64,000 nt of DNA from the NCBI GenBank assembly GCA_045810445.1, contig JBJMVX010000276.1, positions 954-64,953 of the forward strand, given 5' to 3'. The DNA is from Massilia sp. (GTDB lineage Bacteria; Pseudomonadota; Gammaproteobacteria; Burkholderiales; Burkholderiaceae_D). The position numbers and the translations under genes are program-made. Positions 1 through 11,200 of this stretch are shown one piece after another. The notes under the pieces were generated by a model, which did no database searches, was not told the DNA's origin, and was given only the letters and a program-made list of their open reading frames with translations. Each line of letters begins with the position of its first letter. Positions within the stretch are counted from its first letter, which is position 1.

Positions 1-191
1 AAATGGTCGGGGACAATGCAAGCATGGGCAAACACCTTGGGAAAATCCGCGGCGCAAGCGCACGCAGGCCGGAACGGCTATGTTATGAGGGGGAGGTAGA
101 ACGGATGATATTGTAGCGGCAAGCGGGGCCTTTGTGAGGATAGGCCCGCGAACTTGCCGCCGTGGTCGCGCCATCGGGCGACCGCAAGGTC

Positions 192-503
192 TTACACGCG
201 CAGCTTGTCGATCGATTTGCCGCCGTCGACCCATTCCTTGACCCATTTCGGCTGGCGGCCACGGCCGGTCCATTGCTGGCCAGCATTGTCTGGGTGGCGG
301 AAACGGACTGCCACCGTGCCGGTTTTAGCACGCACGCCATTACCGATCAGGTCTTTCAGTGGTACGCCAACGCTTTGCGCAATGGCCAAAATCTGTTCAC
401 GGGCTTTTGCCACTTCCTGGTGCTCGCGCTTTTTCATTTCCTGCTTGATTTGATCCTGCAGATTACGCAAATCGCCAACGGACATATTAGACAGATCCAT
501 CAT
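192..503 (-). CDS. hns: H-NS family nucleoid-associated protein
   Basis: 103 aa; N-terminal coiled coil; C-terminal H-NS DNA-binding motif WTGRGRQPKW. Confidence 0.9.
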   Translation of the reverse strand: MMDLSNMSVGDLRNLQDQIKQEMKKREHQEVAKAREQILAIAQSVGVPLKDLIGNGVRAKTGTVAVRFRHPDNAGQQWTGRGRQPKWVKEWVDGGKSIDKLRV

Positions 504-937
504 GGTTCCTCGTGGGTGGGTTGAAATAAGGGGAATGAAATATCACCAATTGTCGCAATATACTACAACGGCGTATTATTACCAGTGCTTCCGCAATAAT
601 CAATGAATACAACCAAAATCATCGAACATTAGCAGCGAAAGTCGTGGCTTTATGTGACCGAACAATGAATCGGCAGCCAAAGCTTGCAAGAGATATTGGC
701 GAAAATCATTATTTAATCAGGCGCTTGCTGCTGCAAAGGGACTGTCCTGTTTTCAATGAAAAGATAAAGAACAGATAGCCTCAGTGCCAATACACCAGTG
801 TCCCGGTCCGCAATTAGCTGTGTTCCAGCTTATTGGCTCCCTGGAACAACAATCAATTGCCCATCACGCAGAAATGCTAGAGTTCCATCAAGGTTCTATG
901 TGAAACTTGCGGATTATCTGATTTACAGCACTTAATC

Positions 938-1780
938 ATGAAGACCTATGTTATTGGCGACCTGCAAGGGTGTGCGCATGAGGCGCGAGTCTTGCTCAAT
1001 AGAATTGCGGACGATGCGCCTGGCGCTGCCCGCATTATCTTTGTGGGCGACCTGATCAACCGCGGCCCCGCCTCGCTTGAAGCGCTACGCGACGTGGTGC
1101 GCCTGTCGCGCGAGAGTGGCGGCCAACTCGATGCAGTCCTCGGCAACCATGACCTGCACCTGTTGGCAGTGGCCTGCGGAGCCCAGAAAGTGTCGCGCTC
1201 CGACACCCTGGACGCCATTCTGGCCGCGCCTGACCGCGATGACTTGCTCACCTGGCTGCGCCATCGGCCCCTGGCCCTGTTCGAGCAGGGGCACTTGCTG
1301 ATACACGCCGGTGTGCTGCCCCAGTGGACGGCGGAGCAGGTCATGGAACTGGCCGCCGAAGTCGAAGCCGTATTACGCGGACCGCACTGGCGGGATTTCC
1401 TGGCTCAGATGTATGGCAATGAACCGGCGCGTTGGGACGATGCGCTCACCGGCATTGCGCGCCTGCGCTGCATCGTCAACGCCCTCACCCGCATGCGATT
1501 GTGCACGGCCGACGGCAGCATGGATTTCGTGCACAAGGAAAGCGCGGGTGCCCCGGAAGGCAGCGACCTGCTGCCCTGGTTCGACGTGCCAGGCCGGCGC
1601 AGTGCGGGCACACCCATCGTGTTTGGCCACTGGTCGGCCCTGGGCTTGTTGTTGCGGCCGGACGTCATAGGCCTGGACAGCGGCTGCGTATGGGGCGGCA
1701 AGCTGACCGCCGTGTGCCTGGACGAGCGCAGCTTTCTGGAGGTGGACTGCCCGGCCTACCAGCGCCACGGCGGGCACTGA
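938..1780 (+). CDS. apaH: Symmetrical bis(5'-nucleosyl)-tetraphosphatase
   Basis: Metallophosphoesterase motifs [33 protein letters not shown]. Confidence 0.93.
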   Translation: MKTYVIGDLQGCAHEARVLLNRIADDAPGAARIIFVGDLINRGPASLEALRDVVRLSRESGGQLDAVLGNHDLHLLAVACGAQKVSRSDTLDAILAAPDRDDLLTWLRHRPLALFEQGHLLIHAGVLPQWTAEQVMELAAEVEAVLRGPHWRDFLAQMYGNEPARWDDALTGIARLRCIVNALTRMRLCTADGSMDFVHKESAGAPEGSDLLPWFDVPGRRSAGTPIVFGHWSALGLLLRPDVIGLDSGCVWGGKLTAVCLDERSFLEVDCPAYQRHGGH

Positions 1781-1781
1781 A

Positions 1782-2516
1782 CTAGTGCGCCAGGGCGCTG
1801 CCGATGGCGTCCTGTGCAGCCTGTGCCAGGGCACGCCGATGGGCGCCGGCAGCGGCAATCGGCGCCAGGCAGGTCAGGTGGGCCCGCACTGGTGGTCCTG
1901 AGAGGACCTGCAGCATATTGGTGGCAAAGCTCATGTCGCCGGAAAAATCGATGCGCCCATGCAGGCCGCCACCAGCATCGAGATAACGCAGCGCATACGG
2001 CTGCACCGCCACGCCGGCGTCCACGGCCGCCTCGAACAGGTTCGAATGAAATGGCAGCACCGTGCCGGGTGCAGCCGTGGTCCCCTCAGGGAAGAAGGCC
2101 ACCCGTTCGCCAGCCTTGAGGGCGGCGACCATGCCCTTGAAGATATGACGCAGTTCGCGCCGGTTGCCGCGTGCGATAAACACCGTGCCGCCCTTGTCCG
2201 CCAGCCAGCCAAGCACTGGCCAGTCGCGAATTTCCGCCTTGGCCACGAAGCGGCAGGGATGCAGGGTATTGATAACGAAGATGTCGAGCCAGGACACGTG
2301 GTTGGCGACGATCATCGCGTGTTCCAGCGCGCTGGCGCCGCCATCCTGTTCCACTGTCACGCCGCAGATGCCAAGCAGTTGGCGCGACCAGCGGCGCGTG
2401 ATGCGCTCACGCAGCGCAAGGCCTGCCCACGGAAAAATGAGCGAGCACGCCGCCAGGCCTGCCAGCAGGTGCAGGCCGACACGCGCCAGCCGCCATCCGA
2501 GCCTAAGCTTGATCAC
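1782..2516 (-). CDS. Lysophospholipid (1-acyl-sn-glycerol-3-phosphate) acyltransferase family protein
   Basis: Motifs NHVSWLD, FVAK, FFPEGTT; GTG start placed 1 nt after the pyrC' stop (the ORF track start at 2798 overlaps pyrC'). Confidence 0.85.
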   Translation of the reverse strand: MIKLRLGWRLARVGLHLLAGLAACSLIFPWAGLALRERITRRWSRQLLGICGVTVEQDGGASALEHAMIVANHVSWLDIFVINTLHPCRFVAKAEIRDWPVLGWLADKGGTVFIARGNRRELRHIFKGMVAALKAGERVAFFPEGTTAAPGTVLPFHSNLFEAAVDAGVAVQPYALRYLDAGGGLHGRIDFSGDMSFATNMLQVLSGPPVRAHLTCLAPIAAAGAHRRALAQAAQDAIGSALAH

Positions 2517-2517
2517 G

Positions 2518-3819
2518 CTAGCGCTGGAAGGCGATATGGCCACCAACGATGGTGGCCTTGACCTGTCCGGCCAACTCGTAACCGAGGAAAGGCGTGTGCT
2601 TTCCCTGGCTGGCCAGGGCTGCCGCTTCCACCTTCCAGTGTGCCTGCGGATCGAACAGCACCACGTCGGCCGCAGCGCCCACGGACAGGGTGCCGGCTGC
2701 CAGACCGGCCACCCGCGCTGCGTCCGAGGTGACTTTGGCCAGGGCCCGCGAAAGCGGCGAAGGCGCCGCGCTGCCGCCCTGCTGGGCCGCATGGTCACTC
2801 GCCCACTTGAGCGTCAGCGAGAGCAGCAGTTCGAGGCCGGTGGCGCCAGGCGAAGCCTCGCCAAACGGCAGCAGCTTCTCGTCGTCGTCGACCGGCGTGT
2901 GGTCCGAACAGATGGCGTCGACCGTGCCGTCAAACAGCGCGGCGCGAATCGCATCGCGGTCGCGCTGGCTGCGAAATGGCGGTGTGACGCGGGCGTTCGA
3001 ATCGAAAAAACCGATGTCGGCGTCGGTCATGTGCACGTGATGGGCACCCACGTCGCAGGTAACTGGCAGTCCTTCCTTCTTCGCCGCGCGCACCAACTCC
3101 AGGCCGGCGGCCGACGACATGCGGCACAGATGCACGCGCGCACCACTTGCGCGTACCAGCTCGAACAGGGTATGCAGGGCGATGGTTTCGGACATGACGG
3201 GCACGCCGGACAGGCCCAGACGCGAGGCCAGAGGGCCGCTGTGGGCAATGCCGCCGCGGCCTATGTGCGCATCCTGCGGACGCACCCAGACCGTGTAGCC
3301 AAAGGTGTTCGCATACTGCAGTGCGCGCAGCAGCACATTGGTGTCGGCGATCGCCTCTTCGGCTTGCGAGAAGCCGATGCAGCCAGCTTCGGTCAGCTCG
3401 GCCATCTCGGTCAGGGCTTCGCCTTTCAAGCCCGTGGTCAAGGCGCCCAGAGGATGGACATGCGCCTGATTGAGCTTGCCAGCGCGGTACTTGAGCATTT
3501 CAACCAGGCCCGGTTCATCGAGCACAGGATCGGTGTCGGGCGGGCAGACCAGCGTGGTCACGCCGCCCTGCATGGCCGCCTGCATCTCGGACTTGAGCGT
3601 GGCCTTGTATTCGTAGCCCGGTTCGCGCAGACGCGCCGACAGGTCGACCAGGCCCGGTGCGACCACCAGGCCGGTGGCGTCGAGCGTGGTATCGGCCACA
3701 AAGCCGGCTGGCGCCTGACCGCAGGCGGCCACCTTGCCGTCCACGATAAACAGATCCTGCACCTGGTCCACGCCGTTGGCCGGATCGATCATGCGGCCGT
3801 TCTTGATATGTAGTTTCAT
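2518..3819 (-). CDS. pyrC: Dihydroorotase-like protein, probably the inactive PyrC' subunit of aspartate carbamoyltransferase
   Basis: Amidohydrolase fold (PGLVD, SDHTP), directly after pyrB; the metal-binding HxH is replaced ([10 protein letters not shown]). Confidence 0.88.
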   Translation of the reverse strand: MKLHIKNGRMIDPANGVDQVQDLFIVDGKVAACGQAPAGFVADTTLDATGLVVAPGLVDLSARLREPGYEYKATLKSEMQAAMQGGVTTLVCPPDTDPVLDEPGLVEMLKYRAGKLNQAHVHPLGALTTGLKGEALTEMAELTEAGCIGFSQAEEAIADTNVLLRALQYANTFGYTVWVRPQDAHIGRGGIAHSGPLASRLGLSGVPVMSETIALHTLFELVRASGARVHLCRMSSAAGLELVRAAKKEGLPVTCDVGAHHVHMTDADIGFFDSNARVTPPFRSQRDRDAIRAALFDGTVDAICSDHTPVDDDEKLLPFGEASPGATGLELLLSLTLKWASDHAAQQGGSAAPSPLSRALAKVTSDAARVAGLAAGTLSVGAAADVVLFDPQAHWKVEAAALASQGKHTPFLGYELAGQVKATIVGGHIAFQR

Positions 3820-4781
3820 GCCTGGGTTCCTGCCACAATGCTCATTACCGCCATGCGGACCGCAATGCCAAACGTCACCTGCGGCAGGATCACTGCCTGG
3901 GCCCCGTCAGCGACCGCCGAATCAATTTCCACGCCGCGGTTCATGGGACCGGGATGCATGACAATAGCGTCCGGCTTGGCCAGCGCCAGGCGCTCCGGCG
4001 TCAGGCCGTAGCTCTTGAAGTATTCCTGGGCCGAGGGCAGCAAGGCGCCGCTCATGCGCTCGTTCTGCAGGCGCAGCATGATGATCACGTCCACGCCCTT
4101 GAGGCCTTCATCCATGTTGGTGAAGACCCGCACGCCCATCTGTTCCAGGCCGCCCGGCAGCAGCGTATGCGGGCCGATGGCACGCACTTCCGGCACGCCC
4201 AGGGTGGTCAAGGCATGGATGTCCGAGCGCGCCACGCGGCTATGCAGGATGTCGCCCACGATGGCCACCGTCAGATTGGTGAAATCCTTCTTGTAGTGGC
4301 GGATGGTGTACATGTCCAGCAAGCCCTGGGTCGGGTGCGCGTGGCGACCGTCACCGGCATTGATCACGTGGACATGCGACTGGCGCGTGTCGATCAGGTG
4401 CTTGGCGATCAGGTAGGGCGCGCCCGACTGCGCGTGGCGCACCACGAACATATCGGCATGCATGGCCGACAGGTTGTCGATGGTGTCGAGCAGCGACTCG
4501 CCCTTGCTGGCCGAGGAAGCCTGGATGTTCAGATTAATGACGTCGGCCGAGAGGCGCTTGGACGCGATTTCGAAGGTGGTGCGGGTGCGCGTGGAGTTTT
4601 CGAAAAACAGATTGAAGACGCTCTTGCCGCGCATGAGCGGCACCTTCTTCACTTCGCGGTCGGACAAGCCGACAAAGCTCGATGCCGTGTCCAGGATATG
4701 GTTGACGATGGACTTGGGCAGGCCTTCGATGGAGAGCAGATGCTGCAGTTCGCCGTGTTTGTTCAGTTGCGGATTAAGCAT
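3816..4781 (-). CDS. pyrB: Aspartate carbamoyltransferase catalytic subunit
   Basis: [33 protein letters not shown] motifs. Confidence 0.97.
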   Translation of the reverse strand: MLNPQLNKHGELQHLLSIEGLPKSIVNHILDTASSFVGLSDREVKKVPLMRGKSVFNLFFENSTRTRTTFEIASKRLSADVINLNIQASSASKGESLLDTIDNLSAMHADMFVVRHAQSGAPYLIAKHLIDTRQSHVHVINAGDGRHAHPTQGLLDMYTIRHYKKDFTNLTVAIVGDILHSRVARSDIHALTTLGVPEVRAIGPHTLLPGGLEQMGVRVFTNMDEGLKGVDVIIMLRLQNERMSGALLPSAQEYFKSYGLTPERLALAKPDAIVMHPGPMNRGVEIDSAVADGAQAVILPQVTFGIAVRMAVMSIVAGTQA

Positions 4782-5292
4782 GGTCGCTTTCTATCGTGAG
4801 CGAGAGTTGTCCATCGGCCCCGCGCGCCAGGGCCAGCGATTGCTGCGGCTCGAGCACCGGCGCCACGGCCACGAAATCGGCAGCCACCGGCAGTTCGCGC
4901 CCACCGCGGTCGGCCAGGGCCGCCAGCATGATGCGCGCCGGGCGGCCATAATCAAACAGCACATTGATGGCCGCGCGCGTGGTGCGCCCCGTGTACAGCA
5001 CATCATCCACCAGCACGATGTGGGCACGGTCGACATCAAAGCCGATGTGGGTTGGCTTCACGTCCGGATGCAAGCCTTTTTTGGCGTAGTCGTCGCGATA
5101 GAACGAGACATCGATGAAGCCCAGGCGCTGTTGCAGACCGAGGTCGGCGGCCAGGCGTTCGGCCAGCCAGGCGCCGCCCGAATGGATGCCGACAATGGCG
5201 GCGTCGGGCACGCCGGCCAGGCCGGTGCGCACCTGGCCGAGCAGCACCTGGTACAGGGCTTCGGCGTCGAACTGCTTAGTGGATGTTGGCAT
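4774..5292 (-). CDS. pyrR: Bifunctional pyr regulator / uracil phosphoribosyltransferase
   Basis: [29 protein letters not shown]; upstream of pyrB; start moved to MPTST. Confidence 0.92.
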   Translation of the reverse strand: MPTSTKQFDAEALYQVLLGQVRTGLAGVPDAAIVGIHSGGAWLAERLAADLGLQQRLGFIDVSFYRDDYAKKGLHPDVKPTHIGFDVDRAHIVLVDDVLYTGRTTRAAINVLFDYGRPARIMLAALADRGGRELPVAADFVAVAPVLEPQQSLALARGADGQLSLTIESDHA

Positions 5293-5671
5293 GGTCGTCA
5301 AAGTATTGTTGCAAAATGATGGAGGCAGCCTTCGCATCGATGATCTCGCCGCGCTTGGCGGGAATCACGGCCGACGAATAGCGCTCATCGACCAGGTGCA
5401 CCGGCAGGCCGAAGCGACCGTGCAGCTGGTTGGCGAAACGGCGGCAGCGCAAGGTCATTTCGTGCTCGGCGCCGTCCGGGTGCAGCGGCTCGCCCACCAC
5501 CAGGCGCGCCGGCTTCCATTGTTCGATGAGTTCGCCAATCTGTTTGAAGCGGGCCGCGTTGTCGATGGCCTTGACCACGGCTAGCGGTTGCGCCTGGCCG
5601 GTCAAGGTATTGCCCATGGCAATACCGATACGCTTGATACCAAAATCGAAGCCGAATACCAGTTCGAGCAT
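5276..5671 (-). CDS. yqgF: YqgF/RuvX RNase H-like nuclease (pre-16S rRNA processing)
   Basis: GFDFGIKRIGIA and VDERYSS motifs; follows yqgE. Confidence 0.92.
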   Translation of the reverse strand: MLELVFGFDFGIKRIGIAMGNTLTGQAQPLAVVKAIDNAARFKQIGELIEQWKPARLVVGEPLHPDGAEHEMTLRCRRFANQLHGRFGLPVHLVDERYSSAVIPAKRGEIIDAKAASIILQQYFDDHANIH

Positions 5672-6345
5672 CAGGCGTGACCAGCCTCGGAAGCCAGCAT
5701 CATGGGGTCGATGCCCAGCAGCTTGATGGCGGCGCTGTAGCGCTCCTCGATGGGCAGGTCAAACAGCACGTGGGCGTCGGCGCCTACCGTCAGCCAGCCG
5801 TTGCGGCCAATTTCATCTTCCAGTTGACCGGGGCTCCAGCCGGCATAGCCAATCGACACCAGCAGGCGCTGTGGCCCGTCGCCATTGGCCACCGCTTCGA
5901 GCACGTCGATGGAGGTGGTAAAGGCCACTTCGTCGGTGACGGTGAGGGAGGACGAATAGCGCGCGCCGGGAGTGTGCAGCACGAAGCCGCGGTCATCCTG
6001 GACCGGGCCGCCAAACATGATCGGTTCGTTCACGACTGCACTGTGCAAGCCATCGGCCACGCGCAAATCAATGCGCTCGAACAGGATTTCCATGGTCATG
6101 TCGGTTGGCTTGTTGATGACCACACCGAGCACGCCTTTGTCGTTGTGCTCGCAGATATACACCACGGTGCCGCCAAAGATCGGGTCTTGCATCGAGGGCA
6201 TGGCGATCAGAAAGTGGTTGGCCAGGTTCAGGCCGGAGCTCGAAGTCGACGCGCCGCCGGAAATGCCGCCAGTGGTAAACAAGCCACTGTCATCGTCTGC
6301 CATGCCGGGCATGGACATAGCCTTGCCAATTTTGCTCTTCTTCAT
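5671..6345 (-). CDS. yqgE: YqgE/AlgH family protein (DUF179)
   Basis: FLIAMP, GGPVQ, GYAGWSPGQLEDEI, C-terminal AGHA; start uncertain. Confidence 0.9.
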   Translation of the reverse strand: MKKSKIGKAMSMPGMADDDSGLFTTGGISGGASTSSSGLNLANHFLIAMPSMQDPIFGGTVVYICEHNDKGVLGVVINKPTDMTMEILFERIDLRVADGLHSAVVNEPIMFGGPVQDDRGFVLHTPGARYSSSLTVTDEVAFTTSIDVLEAVANGDGPQRLLVSIGYAGWSPGQLEDEIGRNGWLTVGADAHVLFDLPIEERYSAAIKLLGIDPMMLASEAGHA

Positions 6346-6498
6346 ATGCGTCACTTTCTCGTCTACTCGCCATGCAATCAGGCTTTTCGACAGTTTACAC
6401 TGATTTGACCCCGCCACCATGGCGCGGGCCTGCATCGGCCCACCTGCGGGCCATGGTAAACAGTAAAATTCGTGCTGTCCTTGACCACACACGCCCTC

Positions 6499-7917
6499 AT
6501 GAACCACGAAAAATCCCTGGTCTGGTTCCGCCGCGACCTGCGCGCGTTTGACCATGCCGCCCTGCATCATGCATTAAAGTCGTCCAACAGCGTCCATTGT
6601 GTATTTATCTTTGACACGACCATCCTGGACGCCTTGCCGCGCTCGGATCGACGGGTGGACTTCATCCATGCCAGCCTGGCCGAGCTCGACGCCGAGCTGC
6701 GCCAGCTGGGCGGTCACCTGATCGTGCGGCGCGGCGCCGCAGCCGACACCCTCCCGGCCCTGGCGGCCGAGCTGGGCGTTTCCGCGGTGTTTGCCAACGG
6801 CGACTACGAGCCCCAGGCAATCGCGCGCGACGCCGCTGTGGCGCAACAGTTGCAGGACGATGGACGGGCCTGGTTCAGCTACAAGGACCAGGTGATTTTC
6901 GAAAAGGACGAGGTGCTGACGCTGGACGGACGTCCCTTCTCGGTCTTTACACCCTACAAGAATGCCTGGCTCAAGCGCATGGCAGCCGAGCCGTCCTGCG
7001 TTGATCCCTGGCCAGTGGCCGAGCATGCGGCAGCGCTGGCACCGGCGCCGCCCGGCCACAGCCTGCCAACGTTGGACGAGATCGGCTTCACGCCGGCCAG
7101 CATGCCGATCCCGGCCGGCATGTCCGGCGGCGCTACGCTGTTGGGAGACTTCCTGCCGCGCATGAGCGCCTATGGCGAGGCGCGCAACTATCCTGCCGTA
7201 AAAGGCCCCTCCTATCTGTCGGTGCACCTGCGCTTTGGCACGGTGTCCCTGCGCCACCTGGTGCGCACGGTCAATACCATGCTGGCCAATGGGGCCGGCG
7301 GCGAAGGCGCGGCCGTGTGGTTGTCCGAGCTGATCTGGCGCGACTTCTACGCCATGATCCTGTACCAGCATCCGCGCGTCGTGGGTGGCGCTTTCAAGCC
7401 GGCCTATGATGCGATCGTGTGGGAAAGCGGGCCCCAGGCCGAGGCGCATTTCGCCGCCTGGTGCGAGGGACGCACCGGCTATCCGCTGGTGGACGCGGCC
7501 ATGTTGCAGCTGAACCAGACAGGCTATATGCACAACCGCCTGCGCATGGTTACGGCCTGCTTCCTGATCAAGGACCTGGGGATCGACTGGCGTTGGGGCG
7601 AGCAATATTTTGCGCGCCTGCTCAACGACTTCGACCTGTCGTCCAACAATGGGGGCTGGCAATGGGCGTCCTCGTCCGGCTGCGATGCCCAGCCCTACTT
7701 CCGCATCTTCAACCCGATTACCCAGTCGGAAAAATTCGATGCTGCCGGCAAGTTCATTCGGCGCTACCTGCCCCAACTGACCCACCTGTCCGACAAGGCC
7801 ATCCATGCGCCCTGGCTGGCCGAGGCCAGCACGCCCGGCTACCCTGCCCCGCTGGTGCGCCACGACGAGGCGCGCAAAGCCACGCTGGAGCGCTACGCCG
7901 TGGTCAAGACCACTTAA
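6499..7917 (+). CDS. phrB: Deoxyribodipyrimidine photolyase / cryptochrome family protein
   Basis: WFRRDLR, TGYPLVDAAM, MHNRLRM, NNGGWQW, FRIFNP motifs. Confidence 0.93.
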   Translation: MNHEKSLVWFRRDLRAFDHAALHHALKSSNSVHCVFIFDTTILDALPRSDRRVDFIHASLAELDAELRQLGGHLIVRRGAAADTLPALAAELGVSAVFANGDYEPQAIARDAAVAQQLQDDGRAWFSYKDQVIFEKDEVLTLDGRPFSVFTPYKNAWLKRMAAEPSCVDPWPVAEHAAALAPAPPGHSLPTLDEIGFTPASMPIPAGMSGGATLLGDFLPRMSAYGEARNYPAVKGPSYLSVHLRFGTVSLRHLVRTVNTMLANGAGGEGAAVWLSELIWRDFYAMILYQHPRVVGGAFKPAYDAIVWESGPQAEAHFAAWCEGRTGYPLVDAAMLQLNQTGYMHNRLRMVTACFLIKDLGIDWRWGEQYFARLLNDFDLSSNNGGWQWASSSGCDAQPYFRIFNPITQSEKFDAAGKFIRRYLPQLTHLSDKAIHAPWLAEASTPGYPAPLVRHDEARKATLERYAVVKTT

Positions 7918-7980
7918 AACATTCGTCACAGATGGGCGGGATATCGGGATCGCCGCGACCGCCACCACTGCCGCCACCAT

Positions 7981-8122
7981 CACTGTCCTTGCGAAAGCGA
8001 GGACCCATACCTCGTTCGCTCACTAAATAGCGTCTACTCTGAGTTGGCGCCTTATGGGGCCTGCGCAAGCGCGGGCGCAACGACCGCTTGCGCTCGTCCT
8101 CGCCTTCCTTCGCAAGGACAGT
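7981..8122. repeat. REP-like inverted doublet whose right arm is interrupted
   Basis: Left arm CACTGTCCTTGCGAAAGCGAGGACCCATAC (7981-8010); the inverted copy at 8053-8122 is split by an inserted hairpin. Confidence 0.8.
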
Positions 8123-8192
8123 AAGCGGGTAGCGGCTTGTTTTGCGCCTGTGCTTTCGCAAGCCGTGTGCTTGTTGGAGGATTGTTGCAGGC

Positions 8193-8224
8193 AAAAAAAC
8201 GCCCCGACTGAGCGGGGCGTTTTT
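8193..8224. terminator. Bidirectional intrinsic terminator between convergent phrB and chpA
   Basis: AAAAAAACGCCCCG-ACTGAG-CGGGGCGTTTTT. Confidence 0.85.
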
Positions 8225-8241
8225 GGCAGCGAGTACGACGC

Positions 8242-11200
8242 TTAGTTGGTGACCGGCATTTCCCGGTTCAAGAGACCCGAGATGGCCGCCAACAGCATGT
8301 CTTCCTGGAACGGTTTGCCGAAGTAGGCATTCACACCCAAGTCCAGCGCATAGTTGCGGTGCTTGTCCGCCGTACGCGAGGTGATCATGATGATAGGCAC
8401 ACCCGCCGTGCTGTCGTTGCCGCGAATATTGCGGGTCAAATCGAAGCCGTCCATCCTTGGCATTTCGATGTCGACCAACATCAGGTCGGGCACAGTTTCC
8501 TGCAAATGCTCGAGGGCATCGACGCCATCCTTGGCCAGCATGACCTGGTAGCCTTCGCGCTCGAGCAGACGCTGGGTGACCTTGCGCACGGTGAGCGAAT
8601 CGTCGACCACCATCACCACATAGTCGCGCGCCCGGGTCGCTTCCGGCACCGCAGCAGCGGCTGCAATCGCAGCTGGTTTGAGCTGTGGATGCAGGTCGAT
8701 GTGGTGCGACAGCGCAACCGGATTCAAGATCAGCACGATCTCGCCCGAACCGAGCACAGTGGCGCCGGCAATGCCAATCATGCGCGAGAGTTGCGGGCCG
8801 ATGTTTTTAATCACGACCTCGCGGTTGCCGACCACATCATCAACTTGCACCGCCAGACGGTCGGTACCATGCTTGAGCACCAGAACCGGGCAGGAGCGCT
8901 GCACCATCGGGTGCGCTTCCGAATCACCCAGCAAGCTCGGCAAGAAGTGCAGGCCTACTTTACTACCCTGGAACTCGATGAAGCCAGCTTCACGTGCCTT
9001 GTTCAGCGCGGCTTCCTTGATCTGCAATACTTGCTCGACCAGGATAGACGGCACGGCGTAAGTCTTGCTGCCGCTGGTGGTGATGACAACCTGGGTCACC
9101 GACAGGGTCAGTGGCAGGTGAATCGTGAAACGCGCGCCCTTGCCGCGTTCGGTGACGATCGACACGCGTCCGCCCAGGGCAGTCGCTTCGGATCGCACCA
9201 CGTCCATACCGACACCGCGGCCAGCCAATTCGGTCAGCGCATCGGCTGTCGAGAAGCCTGGTTCGAAAATCAGATCGGCCGCTTCGGTATCGTTGACCAC
9301 CGCATCTTTTTCAATCAGGCCGTTCTCACGCGCCTTGGCACGAATACGGTCCAGATCGAGACCGGCGCCATCGTCGTTGAACTGGATGACCACCTCGTTA
9401 CCCTGCTGGCTCACCTGCACCAGCAGTTCACCGATATCGGCCTTGCCATTGGCAGTACGCTTGTCGCGCGACTCGATGCCGTGGACGATGGAATTGCGCA
9501 GCAAGTGTTCGAACGGCGCGGCCATCTGTTCCAGCACGCTGCGGTCGATTTCAACACCGCCGCCGCGAATATCCAGGTTGACCCGTTTGTCGATTTCCTT
9601 GGCGGTCTGACGCGCCACACGGAACAGACGCTCGGACAGGCTGGAGAACGGCACCATCCGCACCCGCATCAGATCGCGCTGCAAATCGCGCGTCAGACGG
9701 GTCTGGATCGTCAAGTCGTCGGTGGCCGCATCGACCGTGCGCGTCAACGATTCGTGGAAGGAGGCCACGTCGTTCACGCTCTCGGCCATCATGCGCGTCA
9801 GTTCCTGCAGGCGCGTGAAGCGGTCGAACTCGAGCGGGTCGAATTCGCGTTCGCTGGAAATGGACATGCGCGAGGAGATCTGCGATTCGGCCTGCATCTC
9901 CACTTCGCGCAACTGGCGCCGCAGGCGGCCCAAGTTTTCCGAGAAGTCGTTGAGCGAGGCTTTCAGGCTCGATACCTGGTTGTCCAGTTTCGACCGCGTG
10001 ATCGACACTTCACCAGCCTGGTTGACCAGGCGGTCCAGGATATCGGCGCGTACGCGCACCAGCGGCGTGCGGGCAACGGTCGCATTGGCGTCGTCGGCGG
10101 CCACGTTGAGCGAAGGCGCGCCTGGCACACCGGCCACTGCTGCCGCCGCGTTCGGATCGACCGGGTTTTGCAGCTGTTCGAACAGCAGCAAGGCGTGATC
10201 GTAGTTGGCCATCAGTTCGTCGAACGCGGCAGGCGTCGACGTTCCTGCGTGGACCATGTTCTCGATCTGGGATTCGATTTCGTGCGTGTGCTGGCCGAGA
10301 CGCATGGCGCCTGCCATCCGCGCCGAGCCTTTGACCGTGTGCAAAATACGCAGCAAGCCTTTGGCCGGTGCCGCATCCGATGGATTGGACTGCCACTTGC
10401 GCAAGCCTTCGCCCAGTTCCGGCAGCAAATCGGTCGCCTCTTCCAGGAACACTGGCAGCAGGTCGGCATCGAGGTCGTCGCCAAAGGCCACTTCGGCCAC
10501 GGCGTTTTGGACGGCTGTGTCGCTGATGGCCGATTCGATGGCAGCAACTTCGGCAGCAAACGCTTTCGGCTCGCTGATCAATTCTGGCACCAGCTCCGGC
10601 TCGGGTTCGGCTTCCATTGCCAGCAGCGGTTCGACCACGTCGGCAGGAATCGCAATCGGATCGACCGTTTCGGCAACGGGCGGCGCCAGTTCCAGTTCGG
10701 CCTCGTCGAAGGACTCCAGGACGGGATCGGCCGCTTCGATCGGCGCGACGATTTCTTCTGCCACCAGTGCTTGCGGTGCCTCCGGTGCCACTGCGACCTC
10801 GTCGGCCACTGGCGCTGGTGCGTCAAGCGTGATTTCCTCGGTCACTTCGGGAATCGGGACTTCCGAACTTTCCGCGCCCAGGTAGACTGCCGATTCGCGC
10901 TCGACCAGGTGGTGGCGCAAGGCGTTCAGGCGCAGTACCAGATCCGGCTTCGGTTCGGCAATTTCGCCCAGGGCAAATTGCTGCAGCATGCCGCGCACCG
11001 CTTCCACGGTTTCATCGAGCAGATCGCGCTCGTCGGCTTCGAGCACAGGCGCTGGCGTGTCGAGCGCCATTTCCAGTGCGTGCGCAATCTCGGTCAGGGC
11101 TGCGAAGCCCACGGTGGCCGAGGTGCCGCCGAGCGTGTGCGCAGCCTTCAGTGCTTCCGGGGTGACCAGGCGATGCGGCTCATGGCGCCACTCGCTAAAG

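Noticed and set aside
1-25. Start of a minus-strand gene (MLALSPTI...) running off the left edge
   Set aside because: Only eight codons are visible, too few to support a call
4782-5300. PyrR-type attenuator RNA
   Set aside because: The genes of this operon overlap or abut, leaving no leader for an attenuator upstream of pyrR or pyrB
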